Source of the DNA: Leucobacter sp. | GTDB lineage: Bacteria > Actinomycetota > Actinomycetes > Actinomycetales > Microbacteriaceae | Length of the DNA stretch: 64,000 bases | Assembly (NCBI GenBank): GCA_041655455.1 | Contig: JBBAFK010000010.1 | Span: 1,161-65,160 of the forward strand | Direction of reading: 5' to 3' | In this document: one piece after another, positions 56,100 through 64,000 of the stretch | How the letters are laid out: every line of letters begins with the position of its first letter | Position numbering within the stretch: the stretch's first letter is position 1 | Program-made: the position numbers and the translations under genes | Notes under the pieces: generated by a model | What the model was told of the DNA's origin: nothing | The model's database searches: none | The model's input: the letters and a program-made list of their open reading frames with translations, nothing else

Positions 56100-56282
56100 T
56101 TAGCCCGCGTCGGAGTCTTCCGACGACTTCTCCGCCGCGGCTTCCTCGTGCTCCGGGTGGCCCGAGCTGATGTGCGTGGCCGGGCCGAGATGCGAGGCTC
56201 CACCCTCACCAACCCAGCCGTCGCCGGGGGTGCGTGCGGGGTCCGACTCGTGGTCCGGGACTCGCTGCTGTTCGTTCGACAT
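56100..56282 (-). CDS. Hypothetical small acidic protein (60 aa)
   Basis: ATG 56282 lies after a strong GAAGGAGG RBS. MSNEQQRVPDHESDPARTPGDGWVGEGGASHLGPATHISSGHPEHEEAAAEKSSEDSDAG. Confidence 0.5.
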   Translation of the reverse strand: MSNEQQRVPDHESDPARTPGDGWVGEGGASHLGPATHISSGHPEHEEAAAEKSSEDSDAG

Positions 56283-56424
56283 CGTCGGCCTCCTTCGCTC
56301 AGGGGCACCGCTCCGGAGGAGCGTGCCGCCTTCTCCAAGCGTACGCTGGCGCACGACGGTCGGGAAGGGGTTGCACGCAGCGGCCGTCGAGGCGCGCTCA
56401 CCCACCCCGCCGTAGACTGGTGGG

Positions 56425-56823
56425 ATGAAGCGGATCTTGACCTACGGCACCTTCGACCTCCTGCACTGGGGTCACATCCGACTCCTCAAGCGGGCGAGGG
56501 ATCTGGGCGACTACCTCGTCGTCGCCGCCTCCACCGAGGAGTTCAACGCAGGCAAGGGCAAGAAGACTTACCACGATTTCCAGACCCGGAAGAACATGCT
56601 TGAGGCCGTCCGCTACGTCGACCTCGTCATCCCGGAGGAGGCGTGGGACCAGAAGATCCGTGACGTGCAGAAGTACGAGATCGACGCGGTCGTCATGGGT
56701 GGTGACTGGGCCGGCGATGAGCGCTTCGAGATCCTCCGTGACCACTGCGAGGTCATCTATCTCGACCGCACCGAGGGCGTCTCCACGACGAAGATCAAAC
56801 GCGACCTCGGCGTCAACGCGTAA
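56425..56823 (+). CDS. tagD: Glycerol-3-phosphate cytidylyltransferase
   Basis: MKRILTYGTFDLLHWGHIRLLKRARDLGDYLVVAASTEEFN...RTEGVSTTKIK is near-canonical TagD/TarD (HxGH and RTEGISTT motifs). Confidence 0.9.
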   Translation: MKRILTYGTFDLLHWGHIRLLKRARDLGDYLVVAASTEEFNAGKGKKTYHDFQTRKNMLEAVRYVDLVIPEEAWDQKIRDVQKYEIDAVVMGGDWAGDERFEILRDHCEVIYLDRTEGVSTTKIKRDLGVNA

Positions 56824-56847
56824 CGGACATCGCGTCAGCTGACCGGC

Positions 56848-56950
56848 TTCGGGGAAGAGGCGGGGTGGCGAGCTAACCACAGGGGACCCCGGCGCGTCGC
56901 ATCGCGCCGCGCCAACCCTGATGCGCTCGCCACCCCGCCTCTTCCCCGAA
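56848..56950. repeat. Perfect 25-bp inverted repeat with 53-nt spacer between convergent genes
   Basis: ttcggggaagaggcggggtggcgag (56848-56872) is the exact reverse complement of ctcgccaccccgcctcttccccgaa (56926-56950). The spacer holds a second palindrome, ggcgcg...cgcgcc. Confidence 0.85.
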
Positions 56951-56966
56951 CGGATGCAGTTGAGGC

Positions 56967-57740
56967 CTACAGCACTTTCGAGAGGAACGCCTTCGTGCGC
57001 TCGCGCTGGGGGTTCGAAAGCACCTCTGTCGGGTCGCCGGCCTCGACGACGACGCCGCCGTCCATGAAGACGAGCTGATCTGCGACCTGTCGGGCGAACC
57101 CCATCTCGTGGGTGACGACGATCATGGTCATGCCGCTTTCGGCGAGGCCCTGCATGACCTCGAGCACCTCCCCCACGAGTTCCGGGTCTAAGGCGGAGGT
57201 CGGCTCATCGAAGAGCATCAGCTTCGGTTCCATCGCGAGCGCTCGGGCGATTGCGACGCGCTGCTGCTGTCCACCTGAGAGGTGCGCCGGATAGTAGTCG
57301 TGCCGGTCGGCGAGGCCGACGCGCGTGAGCAGTTCCATGGCCCGCCGTTTGAGGTCGGCCTTGCCACCCTTCTTCAGCAGGGTGGGCGCGAGCATCACGT
57401 TCTCGAGCGCGGTCATGTGTGGGAAGAGGTTGAACCGCTGGAACACCATGCCGATGTCACGCCGCTGCTTCGCCGCTTCGCGCGGGTGCATCTCGTAGAG
57501 TTTGTCGCCCTGCTGCCGGTATCCGACGAGCACGCCGTCGACTGCGAGCCGCCCGGCACTGACGGTCTCGAGGTGGTTGATGCAGCGGAGGAAGGTGGAC
57601 TTGCCGGAGCCCGAGGGGCCGACGAGGCACATGACTTCGCCGCGCTGCACCTCGAGCGTGATCGACTTGAGCACCTGGTTCGAGCCGAAGGATTTTGAGA
57701 CCGCCTCCGCTTTCACCATCGGGGTATCTGCCACGCTCAT
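56967..57740 (-). CDS. Polar amino acid ABC transporter ATP-binding protein (GlnQ-like)
   Basis: [47 protein letters not shown]. Confidence 0.92.
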   Translation of the reverse strand: MSVADTPMVKAEAVSKSFGSNQVLKSITLEVQRGEVMCLVGPSGSGKSTFLRCINHLETVSAGRLAVDGVLVGYRQQGDKLYEMHPREAAKQRRDIGMVFQRFNLFPHMTALENVMLAPTLLKKGGKADLKRRAMELLTRVGLADRHDYYPAHLSGGQQQRVAIARALAMEPKLMLFDEPTSALDPELVGEVLEVMQGLAESGMTMIVVTHEMGFARQVADQLVFMDGGVVVEAGDPTEVLSNPQRERTKAFLSKVL

Positions 57741-58786
57741 GCGCCTCCTCCTCCGGGTCGGTCGTGCGGGGGCACGATGGTTTCTCCGCCTCCCGCATTC
57801 GGGTAGGTCGGATACCTCGCGCCGCTGGCATCGCCCTTGCCGACGACGAGTACCGTGTCCGTCTCAACGGTCGGCTTTTGTACGTCGGGGCGGTCGCCCG
57901 CGCCCTTGGCGAAGTGCTTCTCGAGGTAGTACTGACCGACCATGAGAATCGACGTAATCACGAGGTACCAAATCGAGGCGACGATGAGCATCGGCACCGG
58001 TTTGTAGGTGACGGCGGCGATGTCGCGGGTGCGCGTGTACAGCTCGAGGGTGAATGGAACGGCGGTGACGAGAGAGGTCGTCTTCAGCATCGAGATGACC
58101 TCGTTGCCGGTGGGCGGGATGATCACGCGCATGGCCTGCGGCAGGATGACGCGGGTCATCGTGTGCCACCAGCCGAGGCCGAGCGCGACGGCGGCTTCGT
58201 CCTGTCCCTTGTCGACCGACAGCAGGCCGGCGCGGACGATCTCCGCCATATAGGCTGCTTCGTTGAGCGCGAGGCCGATGATGGCAAGCACGAAGTAGTT
58301 GAGGAAGTCCTTCGTCGTGAAGCTCACCATCGCTTCGGTAAAGGGGATGCCCATGTCGATGGTCTTGTAGATGACCGGTACGAGACCCCAGAAGACGAGC
58401 TGCACGTACACCGGGGTGCCGCGGAAGACCCACAGGTAGACCCAGGCGACGGCACGTACGACCGGGTTCGGCGAGAGTCGCATCACGGCGAGCGCCACAC
58501 CCAGGAGGATCGCGATGATCATCGAGTACACGGTGAGCTGTAGGGTGTAGCCGATCGCGGAGACGACTCGGACGTCGAAGAGGTATTGCCCGACGACATC
58601 CCACGAGTAGACGGGCCGGTTGACGGCCGCGTCGTAGATGAACAGTGCGGCGATGATGACGATGACCGTCGCGAAGACGGTGCGCCACGGGTGGCGCAGT
58701 CGGATCGCCTCGATCGCCTCGGGTTCTGCTGCAGTGAGGGGGTGCGAAGCCTGAGACTTCGCACCCCCGTCACGCGTGTCGGACAT
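57737..58786 (-). CDS. Polar amino acid ABC transporter permease (HisM/GlnP-type) with extended C-terminal tail
   Basis: [31 protein letters not shown] (EAA loop). ATGA overlap with the ATPase gene. Confidence 0.9.
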   Translation of the reverse strand: MSDTRDGGAKSQASHPLTAAEPEAIEAIRLRHPWRTVFATVIVIIAALFIYDAAVNRPVYSWDVVGQYLFDVRVVSAIGYTLQLTVYSMIIAILLGVALAVMRLSPNPVVRAVAWVYLWVFRGTPVYVQLVFWGLVPVIYKTIDMGIPFTEAMVSFTTKDFLNYFVLAIIGLALNEAAYMAEIVRAGLLSVDKGQDEAAVALGLGWWHTMTRVILPQAMRVIIPPTGNEVISMLKTTSLVTAVPFTLELYTRTRDIAAVTYKPVPMLIVASIWYLVITSILMVGQYYLEKHFAKGAGDRPDVQKPTVETDTVLVVGKGDASGARYPTYPNAGGGETIVPPHDRPGGGGA

Positions 58787-58805
58787 GACTCGCGGGCTCC
58801 TGTCG

Positions 58806-59675
58806 TTACGCGCCGGCGTTAATGGTCGCCTCGGTGAGGGCGCCCGACTCGATGCCGGCGTCGGTGAGGATCTTCAGGTAGGTGCCGTTGTCGATGAGCG
58901 CCTGGAGCGCCTCTTGGACGGCCTCTGCCATGCCGGACTCCTTCTGCACGGCGAAGCCGTAGGGTGCGGCGTCGAAGAGCTCGCCCACGAGTACGAGCTG
59001 GTCACCGGTCTTGATGACTGCGTCGCCGGTCACGGGTGAATCGGCGGAGAAGGCGTCGGCCTGGCCGTTGACCACCGCGTTGGTCACCTCGGGCTGTCCG
59101 TCGAAGGGCAGGATCTCGATGCTCGCTTCACCGGCGTCGGTGCAGGCCTTGTCGCGCGCGGGAAGCTCGTCGGTGTGCTGAATCGTGCCCTGCTGCACGG
59201 CAATCGTGAGACCGCACGCGTTCTCGGGGTCGATGTCGGTGCCCGCGAGCGCCGCCCACTGGCTTCCAGCGTTTAGGTAGTTGACGAAGTCGACGGTCTT
59301 CTGCCGTTCGACGTTGTCGGTGAACGACGATGCGCCGACGTTCACGACACCCTCTTCGATGCGGGGCAGAATCGAGTCGAAGCCCATGATCTCCCACTCG
59401 GGCTCCAGGCCCATCTCCTCGGCGAGTGCGTTGGCGAGCTCGACGCCCCAGCCGGTGGGCTGGCCGCTGTCGTCCTTGAACTCGTTCGGCGGGTACTCCG
59501 CGTCGGTGGCGAGGATGAGCACACCCGATTCCATGATGTCCTCGACCGTGGTGATGTTGCCCGGGCTCGACTCCGAACCCTCGGTTGCGCCGCTCTCAGC
59601 GTCGGCATTGCTGCATCCGGTCAGTGCGAGCGCGGCGGCTGCAGCAAGTGCGGGAATCGCGTAGCGAATCTTCAT
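58806..59675 (-). CDS. Polar amino acid ABC transporter substrate-binding lipoprotein
   Basis: MKIRYAIPALAAAAALALTGCSNAD (lipobox), LATDAEYPPNEF, type 3 solute-binding fold. Confidence 0.88.
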   Translation of the reverse strand: MKIRYAIPALAAAAALALTGCSNADAESGATEGSESSPGNITTVEDIMESGVLILATDAEYPPNEFKDDSGQPTGWGVELANALAEEMGLEPEWEIMGFDSILPRIEEGVVNVGASSFTDNVERQKTVDFVNYLNAGSQWAALAGTDIDPENACGLTIAVQQGTIQHTDELPARDKACTDAGEASIEILPFDGQPEVTNAVVNGQADAFSADSPVTGDAVIKTGDQLVLVGELFDAAPYGFAVQKESGMAEAVQEALQALIDNGTYLKILTDAGIESGALTEATINAGA

Positions 59676-59906
59676 TGATCTCTCCTGTTCATTCAGGGGT
59701 CGGCGCGGTGCCGGAGGCAGGCCGTCTTCTCTTCCGTGAATCTCGCTCTGAGTGTATCGTCAGGCTCCACCGGAATCAGCACCGGCTCTCTCGTCGGGTC
59801 CATATTCTGTATGGAACCACGATGGAAAGTCGCAGATTCACACCGCCGTTGTGAGGGTCACCACGAGATAACATTCTGGTCAAGACCCCCAGACGCCGTC
59901 TCTTGC

Positions 59907-61283
59907 CTACCGCGCGACGAAGTACAGCCGCTTGTTCGCGAACTCTCCGATGCCGAGCGGCCCCATCTCGCGACCGAACCCCGAACGCTTGACTCCACCG
60001 AACGGCAACTCCGCAGCCTCAGCGGCGATCGTGTTGACGTGCGCCATTCCGACCTCGAGTCGTGATGCGACGCGGGCTGCACGAGCCTCATCGGTCGAGA
60101 ACACCGAGCCGCCGAGGCCCAGGGCGCAGTCGTTAGCGAGTTCGAGCGCCTCCTCGTCGCTCGACACGCGGTAGACGGTGGCCACCGGCCCGAAGAGTTC
60201 CTCACCGTACGAGGCTGAGTTTCTCGGCACGTCGACGAGCACCGCCGGCGAGTAGTAGGCGGCGGGTCCGTCGGACAGCACTCCGCCCGCGAGAAGCTTG
60301 GCACCCTCGGCGACGGCCTGACGCACCTGACGGTCCACGGTCTCCGCCGCCGCACGAGACGACATGGGAACGAACTCCCCGTCATTGAGGTTCAGCTGGT
60401 CTCCCGGGCGCAGGCCCTCGGCGAGTCTCACCAGTTCTGCCACGAACTCGTCGTAGATGTCGTCCATCACGATGAGGCGCTTGTTCGAGTTGCACACCTG
60501 GCCCACGTTGTATGTGCGGAACTCCCACGCCTCCCTCGCAACGGCGGCGACGTCATCCGCATCGAGCACCACCATGGGGTCGATGCCGCCGAGTTCGAGC
60601 ACGCACTTCTTGAGGTGGCGACCGGCCTGTTCCCCGATGATGGCCCCCGCGCGTTCCGAGCCGGTGAGGGAGACCCCCTGCACCCTCGGGTCCGCAATGA
60701 TGGTGGCGACCTGTTCGTGGGAGGCGAAGAGGTGTTGGTACCCGCCCACGGGCACCCCGGCCTCCTCGAAGATTTCTTGTATCCGCAGCGCGGATCGCCC
60801 GCAGATGTCGGCGTGCTTGAGCAGGATCGTGTTGCCGAGCAGCAGGTTTGGCGCCGCAAACCTTGCGACCTGGTAGTAGGGGAAGTTCCACGGCATCACC
60901 CCGAGCAGCGCGCCCACGGGCAGGTGCTCGATCATTGCCTTCCCCGGAACGGTCGACGGAATCTCGAAGTCGGTGATGAGGCTCGGCCCGTGCACGGCGT
61001 AGTACTCGATGATGTCGCGGGCGAACTCGACTTCGTCAACGGATTCCGCGAGCGACTTCCCCATCTCGACGGCAATCAGTCGGGCAAGCTCCTGCTTGTG
61101 CTCCTCGAACAGCTCGGCAACGCGCTCGACGACCGCCGCGCGTTCTTGCACGCTTCGCTCACGCCATTCGCGGTACACGGCGTCCGCAGCGGCGAGCGCC
61201 TCCTCGATCTGGGCGTCAGTCGCGGATTCGAACGACTCGAGAATTTCACCGGTCGCGGGGTTCTGCACGCGGTACTTGGCCAT
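59907..61283 (-). CDS. gabD: NAD(P)-dependent succinate-semialdehyde dehydrogenase-like aldehyde dehydrogenase
   Basis: MAKYRVQNPATGEILESFESATD..., PWNFPYYQVARF, LELGGIDP, NVGQVCNSNKR, EELFGPV. Substrate assignment is by family resemblance only. Confidence 0.7.
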   Translation of the reverse strand: MAKYRVQNPATGEILESFESATDAQIEEALAAADAVYREWRERSVQERAAVVERVAELFEEHKQELARLIAVEMGKSLAESVDEVEFARDIIEYYAVHGPSLITDFEIPSTVPGKAMIEHLPVGALLGVMPWNFPYYQVARFAAPNLLLGNTILLKHADICGRSALRIQEIFEEAGVPVGGYQHLFASHEQVATIIADPRVQGVSLTGSERAGAIIGEQAGRHLKKCVLELGGIDPMVVLDADDVAAVAREAWEFRTYNVGQVCNSNKRLIVMDDIYDEFVAELVRLAEGLRPGDQLNLNDGEFVPMSSRAAAETVDRQVRQAVAEGAKLLAGGVLSDGPAAYYSPAVLVDVPRNSASYGEELFGPVATVYRVSSDEEALELANDCALGLGGSVFSTDEARAARVASRLEVGMAHVNTIAAEAAELPFGGVKRSGFGREMGPLGIGEFANKRLYFVAR

Positions 61284-61393
61284 GGTTATCTATCCTCCAG
61301 CGTTGGAATCACAAACCGCGCCGCCCTCGCGCATCGAAGGGCGGCTGCTATGCAAACTATCACTCGCGACCGACGCTGCAGCTGGCCGCGAGT

Positions 61394-61735
61394 TCAGACG
61401 TGGCCGCCCTCGCTCTCCCACGTGTTTAAGCGCATGAGCTTCTCTCTCGGGTAGCGGCGGCGCACCCCGTATCCGGCTTCCTCGTCCTCAGGGATGAACA
61501 GCGCCCCATACTTTTCAAGGGACTCGCGAAGGCGCACCTTCGCCGCCTCGGGCAGGTCGGTCACCCCCTGCTCGAAGCTGCGCACCTGCTCCTTGGTGAG
61601 GCCGGCGCCCTGGGCGATGGTCTTCGTGGACACCTTCGTGAATGCGCGGGCGGCACGCGCAAGGTCGCTCGTCAGCGTGACTTCTTCGTTCATGCCCCCA
61701 TCATTTCGAGCCCGCCGCGGCAAGTCAACGGTCAC
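61394..61735 (-). CDS. Putative HTH DNA-binding protein with C-terminal WExEGG-like motif
   Basis: VSTKTIAQGAGLTKEQVRSFEQGVTDLPEAAKVRL resembles an XRE-type HTH. The tail is LNTWESEGGHV. The start is uncertain (GTG 61735 or ATG 61693). Confidence 0.5.
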   Translation of the reverse strand: MTVDLPRRARNDGGMNEEVTLTSDLARAARAFTKVSTKTIAQGAGLTKEQVRSFEQGVTDLPEAAKVRLRESLEKYGALFIPEDEEAGYGVRRRYPREKLMRLNTWESEGGHV

Positions 61736-61776
61736 GCCACTCGGCGCGCCCCGTGACGCGGCAGGTGCCGCCGGTG

Positions 61777-62253
61777 TCAGGCCGTGTCGAGGCGGCCGAG
61801 CAGGGCGCCCAAGGCTTCTTCCATCGTCTGTCTGAGCACGTCGAGCGGTTCACCGTCGAAACGAAAAACGGCGGCTTCGACCACGCGATGCGCGCCGGTC
61901 GTGGCAAGGCAGACCGTTCCCGGGTGCTTCCCCTCGGCCGGGGTGGGGCCGCCGACGCCCGTAACGGCCACGCTGAAGTCGGCGCCCATAATCCTCGCCG
62001 TCGACACGGCCATGCGCGAAGCGGCCTCGAGCGTCACGACGGGCCCCCGTGGCACGCTCAGCACGTCGTACTTCACTTGGGGATGGTAGGCGACGATACC
62101 GCCGCGAAACCATTCGGCCGAGTCGGGGACGGCCGCGAGCGCTGCGGCGATCTGCCCGCCGGTCAACGACTCCGCGACCGCCACTGTGAACTGTCGGTCG
62201 GCGCACAGCTCTCCGATGCGTCGGGCCAGCACTTTCACGCGTTCGTCGTGCAT
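61777..62253 (-). CDS. CinA-family nicotinamide-nucleotide amidohydrolase (PncC domain)
   Basis: TVAVAESLTGGQIAAALAAVPDSAEWFRGGIVAYHPQVKYDVLSV...VAVTGVGGP. Confidence 0.88.
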   Translation of the reverse strand: MHDERVKVLARRIGELCADRQFTVAVAESLTGGQIAAALAAVPDSAEWFRGGIVAYHPQVKYDVLSVPRGPVVTLEAASRMAVSTARIMGADFSVAVTGVGGPTPAEGKHPGTVCLATTGAHRVVEAAVFRFDGEPLDVLRQTMEEALGALLGRLDTA

Positions 62254-62257
62254 CGGC

Positions 62258-62461
62258 TCACCCGTAGGGGTTCGTCGTCTTCTTTCCCGCCTCGATGTCG
62301 CGAATGAGCGCGGGATCGGTCATTCCTTTTCGCGGGTCGACATCCTCCTCGCGGTGCTCTTCAGCGCCGTCCATGACGGGCTCGTCCATCGTGCCCTCGG
62401 GGGTGTCCTGGTCGTTCCATTTCGTGTTCTTCTCGTTCACGGGAACCTCCTCCGTTTCCAT
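62258..62461 (-). CDS. Hypothetical small acidic protein (67 aa)
   Basis: The ORF ends 4 nt before the cinA start (operon-like) and AGGAG is adjacent to the ATG. METEEVPVNEKNTKWNDQDTPEGTMDEPVMDG... has no recognised domain. Confidence 0.45.
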   Translation of the reverse strand: METEEVPVNEKNTKWNDQDTPEGTMDEPVMDGAEEHREEDVDPRKGMTDPALIRDIEAGKKTTNPYG

Positions 62462-62551
62462 CTCTCCTGACGCTACGGGTCTGTCGACTCACGCGCGAGG
62501 GGCTTGCACCGACTGCCCAGATGTGCGACTTATGCGCGCTTCCTCGGTGGA

Positions 62552-63433
62552 TCAGGGATGCTTCCCGCCGGTCACCGGCACCACGGCTCCAGACACGTAC
62601 GAGGCTTCCTCCGTCGCGAGATAGACGTACGCGCCGGCGAGTTCGGCGGGCTGACCCGGGCGTCCGAGTGGCGTATCCTCACCGAAGTGGGTGAGTTTCT
62701 CCGACCATCCGGTCGCGGGGATAAGCGGCGTCCAGATCGGCCCCGGCGCTACCGCGTTCACGCGAACGCCACGTTCACCCTGCTGCTCCGCCAGCGCGCG
62801 CGTAAACGCAACGAGTGCTGCCTTCGTCATGGCGTAGTCGAGGAGATCGGGCGAGGGATTGAACGACTGGATCGAGGCAGTGACGATGACGCTGGAGCCT
62901 GGCTCGAGATGCGGTGCCGCTTCGCGCATAAGGAGCAGCGGCGCGACGAGGTTGGTATCGAACACCCGGCGAATCTGCTCGCGGTCAATCCGCGCGTCAG
63001 GCGCTCGTTCCCACTGAACGCCCGCGTTGAGTACAAGCACATCGAGGCCCCCAAGTTCGGCGACCGTACGCGCGACGATATCAACGCAGGTGGATTCTTC
63101 GCGAAGGTCTCCTGGCAGCAGCACGCAGGTTCGCCCGGCTTGTTCGACCAAGCTGCGGGTCGTCTCGGCGTCGCCCTGCTCCTCAGGGAGATACGAGATC
63201 GCGACATCCGCGCCCTCCCGCGCGTAGGCGATAGCCACGGCTCGACCGATGCCCGAGTCACCCCCGGTAATCAGTGTTCGGTAGCCTTCGAGCCGCGCAT
63301 TCCCGCGGTAGCTCTCCTCTCCGTGATCGGGGCGTAGCGCCATGTCACGAGTGTGCCCCGGCTGCTCGGGCTGCTGCTGTTCGGGCATCGGCGGCGTCGG
63401 ATATTTTGTGCGTGGATCTGCCTTGAGTGTCAC
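62552..63433 (-). CDS. SDR family oxidoreductase (general-stress YhdF-like)
   Basis: LITGGDSGIGRAVAIAYAREGADV (TGxxxGIG), NAGVQ, YAMTKAAL (YxxxK), N-terminal Pro/Gln-rich extension. Confidence 0.88.
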   Translation of the reverse strand: MTLKADPRTKYPTPPMPEQQQPEQPGHTRDMALRPDHGEESYRGNARLEGYRTLITGGDSGIGRAVAIAYAREGADVAISYLPEEQGDAETTRSLVEQAGRTCVLLPGDLREESTCVDIVARTVAELGGLDVLVLNAGVQWERAPDARIDREQIRRVFDTNLVAPLLLMREAAPHLEPGSSVIVTASIQSFNPSPDLLDYAMTKAALVAFTRALAEQQGERGVRVNAVAPGPIWTPLIPATGWSEKLTHFGEDTPLGRPGQPAELAGAYVYLATEEASYVSGAVVPVTGGKHP

Positions 63434-63497
63434 GTGACTTCCTCCTCAGATGCGAGTGCGCCTCGCAGAATCATGTTCAGTGCCTGCGCGGGCTGAT

Positions 63498-63803
63498 TCA
63501 GTGGTTGCGTAGTAGATCGATGAGTTCGGCCTTCCGCAGGTTCGAGTACCCGCTGAGGTCGAGCTCCCGCGCCCGCTCCCGAAGCTCGTCGACCGTTCGA
63601 TCCTCGTAATCCTCTGCCGTTCCCCCGCGGCGGCCGAGCTCCGAGCGGCCATCGCGGGCGGCTGCGTTCGAGATGCGGGCTGCCTTCTCCTCGGATGCAC
63701 CGTCCTCACGCAGCTTCTCGTAGAGTTCGGGGTCCTTCAGCTGCGGGGTTTCCTCCTCGGGCACGGTAATCACGCTCCTGTCATCAGCGGGTTCGGTTCG
63801 CAC
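63498..63803 (-). CDS. DUF7218-like protein with Rho termination factor N-terminal-like (SAP-type) motif
   Basis: LKDPELYEKLREDGASEEKAARISNAAA ... RTVDELRERARELDLSGYSNLRKAELIDLLRNH. The true start may be an internal GTG near 63762. Confidence 0.6.
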   Translation of the reverse strand: MRTEPADDRSVITVPEEETPQLKDPELYEKLREDGASEEKAARISNAAARDGRSELGRRGGTAEDYEDRTVDELRERARELDLSGYSNLRKAELIDLLRNH

Positions 63804-63928
63804 CTATGCCTACCCGGGCCGTAGCAGGCACGAGGCTCGCTACCGACGGTACGTTGGCGGCGGCACCAGTCGAACCCCCTCGACAGGACCCGTGAGGTGG
63901 AGTAACCTCGCGCGATCCTGGCCCGCTC

Positions 63929-64000
63929 TCATCCGCGGTCGGCATACTGCGGCAAGGGATCGGTCGGCACAATCACCAAGTCGTGGATCTTCCAGTCGAG
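63929..64000 (-). CDS. 3' end of an unidentified CDS entering from beyond the window end
   Basis: The minus-strand frame is open from the window edge to TGA at 63929-63931 (...LDWKIHDLVIVPTDPLPQYADRG*). It is too short to classify. Confidence 0.3.
   Translation of the reverse strand, partial: LDWKIHDLVIVPTDPLPQYADRG

Noticed and set aside
61394-63803. A stress-gene cluster (CinA, SDR YhdF-like, DUF7218-like, small acidic proteins) as a novel system.
   Set aside because: This gene set is commonly co-located and co-regulated as general-stress genes in Actinobacteria. Nothing in the sequence goes beyond ordinary biology.

Overview
High-GC (roughly 70% by eye) actinobacterial chromosome segment. 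Gene content looks Micrococcales/Microbacteriaceae-like: short HU, a dnaK-grpE-dnaJ-hspR operon with HAIR boxes, and GT4 glycolipid genes. No transposase, integrase, CRISPR array or rRNA was seen. Layout: (i) 0-5.8 kb, a copper/nitrite module with a CopD-like gene, DUF2249, and translationally coupled ArsR-type regulator, NnrS-like membrane protein and an unusually large membrane-anchored cupredoxin-NirK fusion. (ii) 6.7-27.4 kb, a catabolic island with four regulators (one GAF-PucR, two GntR/FCD flanking or inside it). It encodes a degradative class II HMG-CoA reductase, two HMG-CoA-lyase-family genes (one with the catalytic Asp replaced by Gly), a cyclase-fold hydrolase, a GMC flavoprotein plus small subunit, two family III CoA-transferases, a CitE-like acyl-CoA lyase, Zn-ADH, ALDH, an SMP-30 lactonase and a CUT2-type sugar ABC importer whose ATPase gene is frameshifted. 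(iii) 27.4-31 kb, a Cys-less rpmB-rpmG-rpsN operon, a LysR/HisD-like pair and tRNA-Ser. (iv) 31-38.6 kb, an orphan tRNA 3' fragment, a secreted CHAP-like hydrolase, a decayed HerA-like (DUF853) ATPase pseudogene, three GT4 glycosyltransferases, an XRE regulator and an rRNA methyltransferase. (v) 38.6-42.9 kb, the heat-shock operon. (vi) 43-64 kb, housekeeping, transport and stress genes, including a 1283-aa PutA-like protein whose catalytic motifs appear degenerate. The most notable sequence-level signals are three. First, the octamer GAGGGATC is massively over-represented and patchily distributed (at least 39 copies, almost absent from the island). Second, a long palindromic intergenic element occurs twice. 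Third, identical AT-rich operator-like boxes link promoters of the catabolic island.
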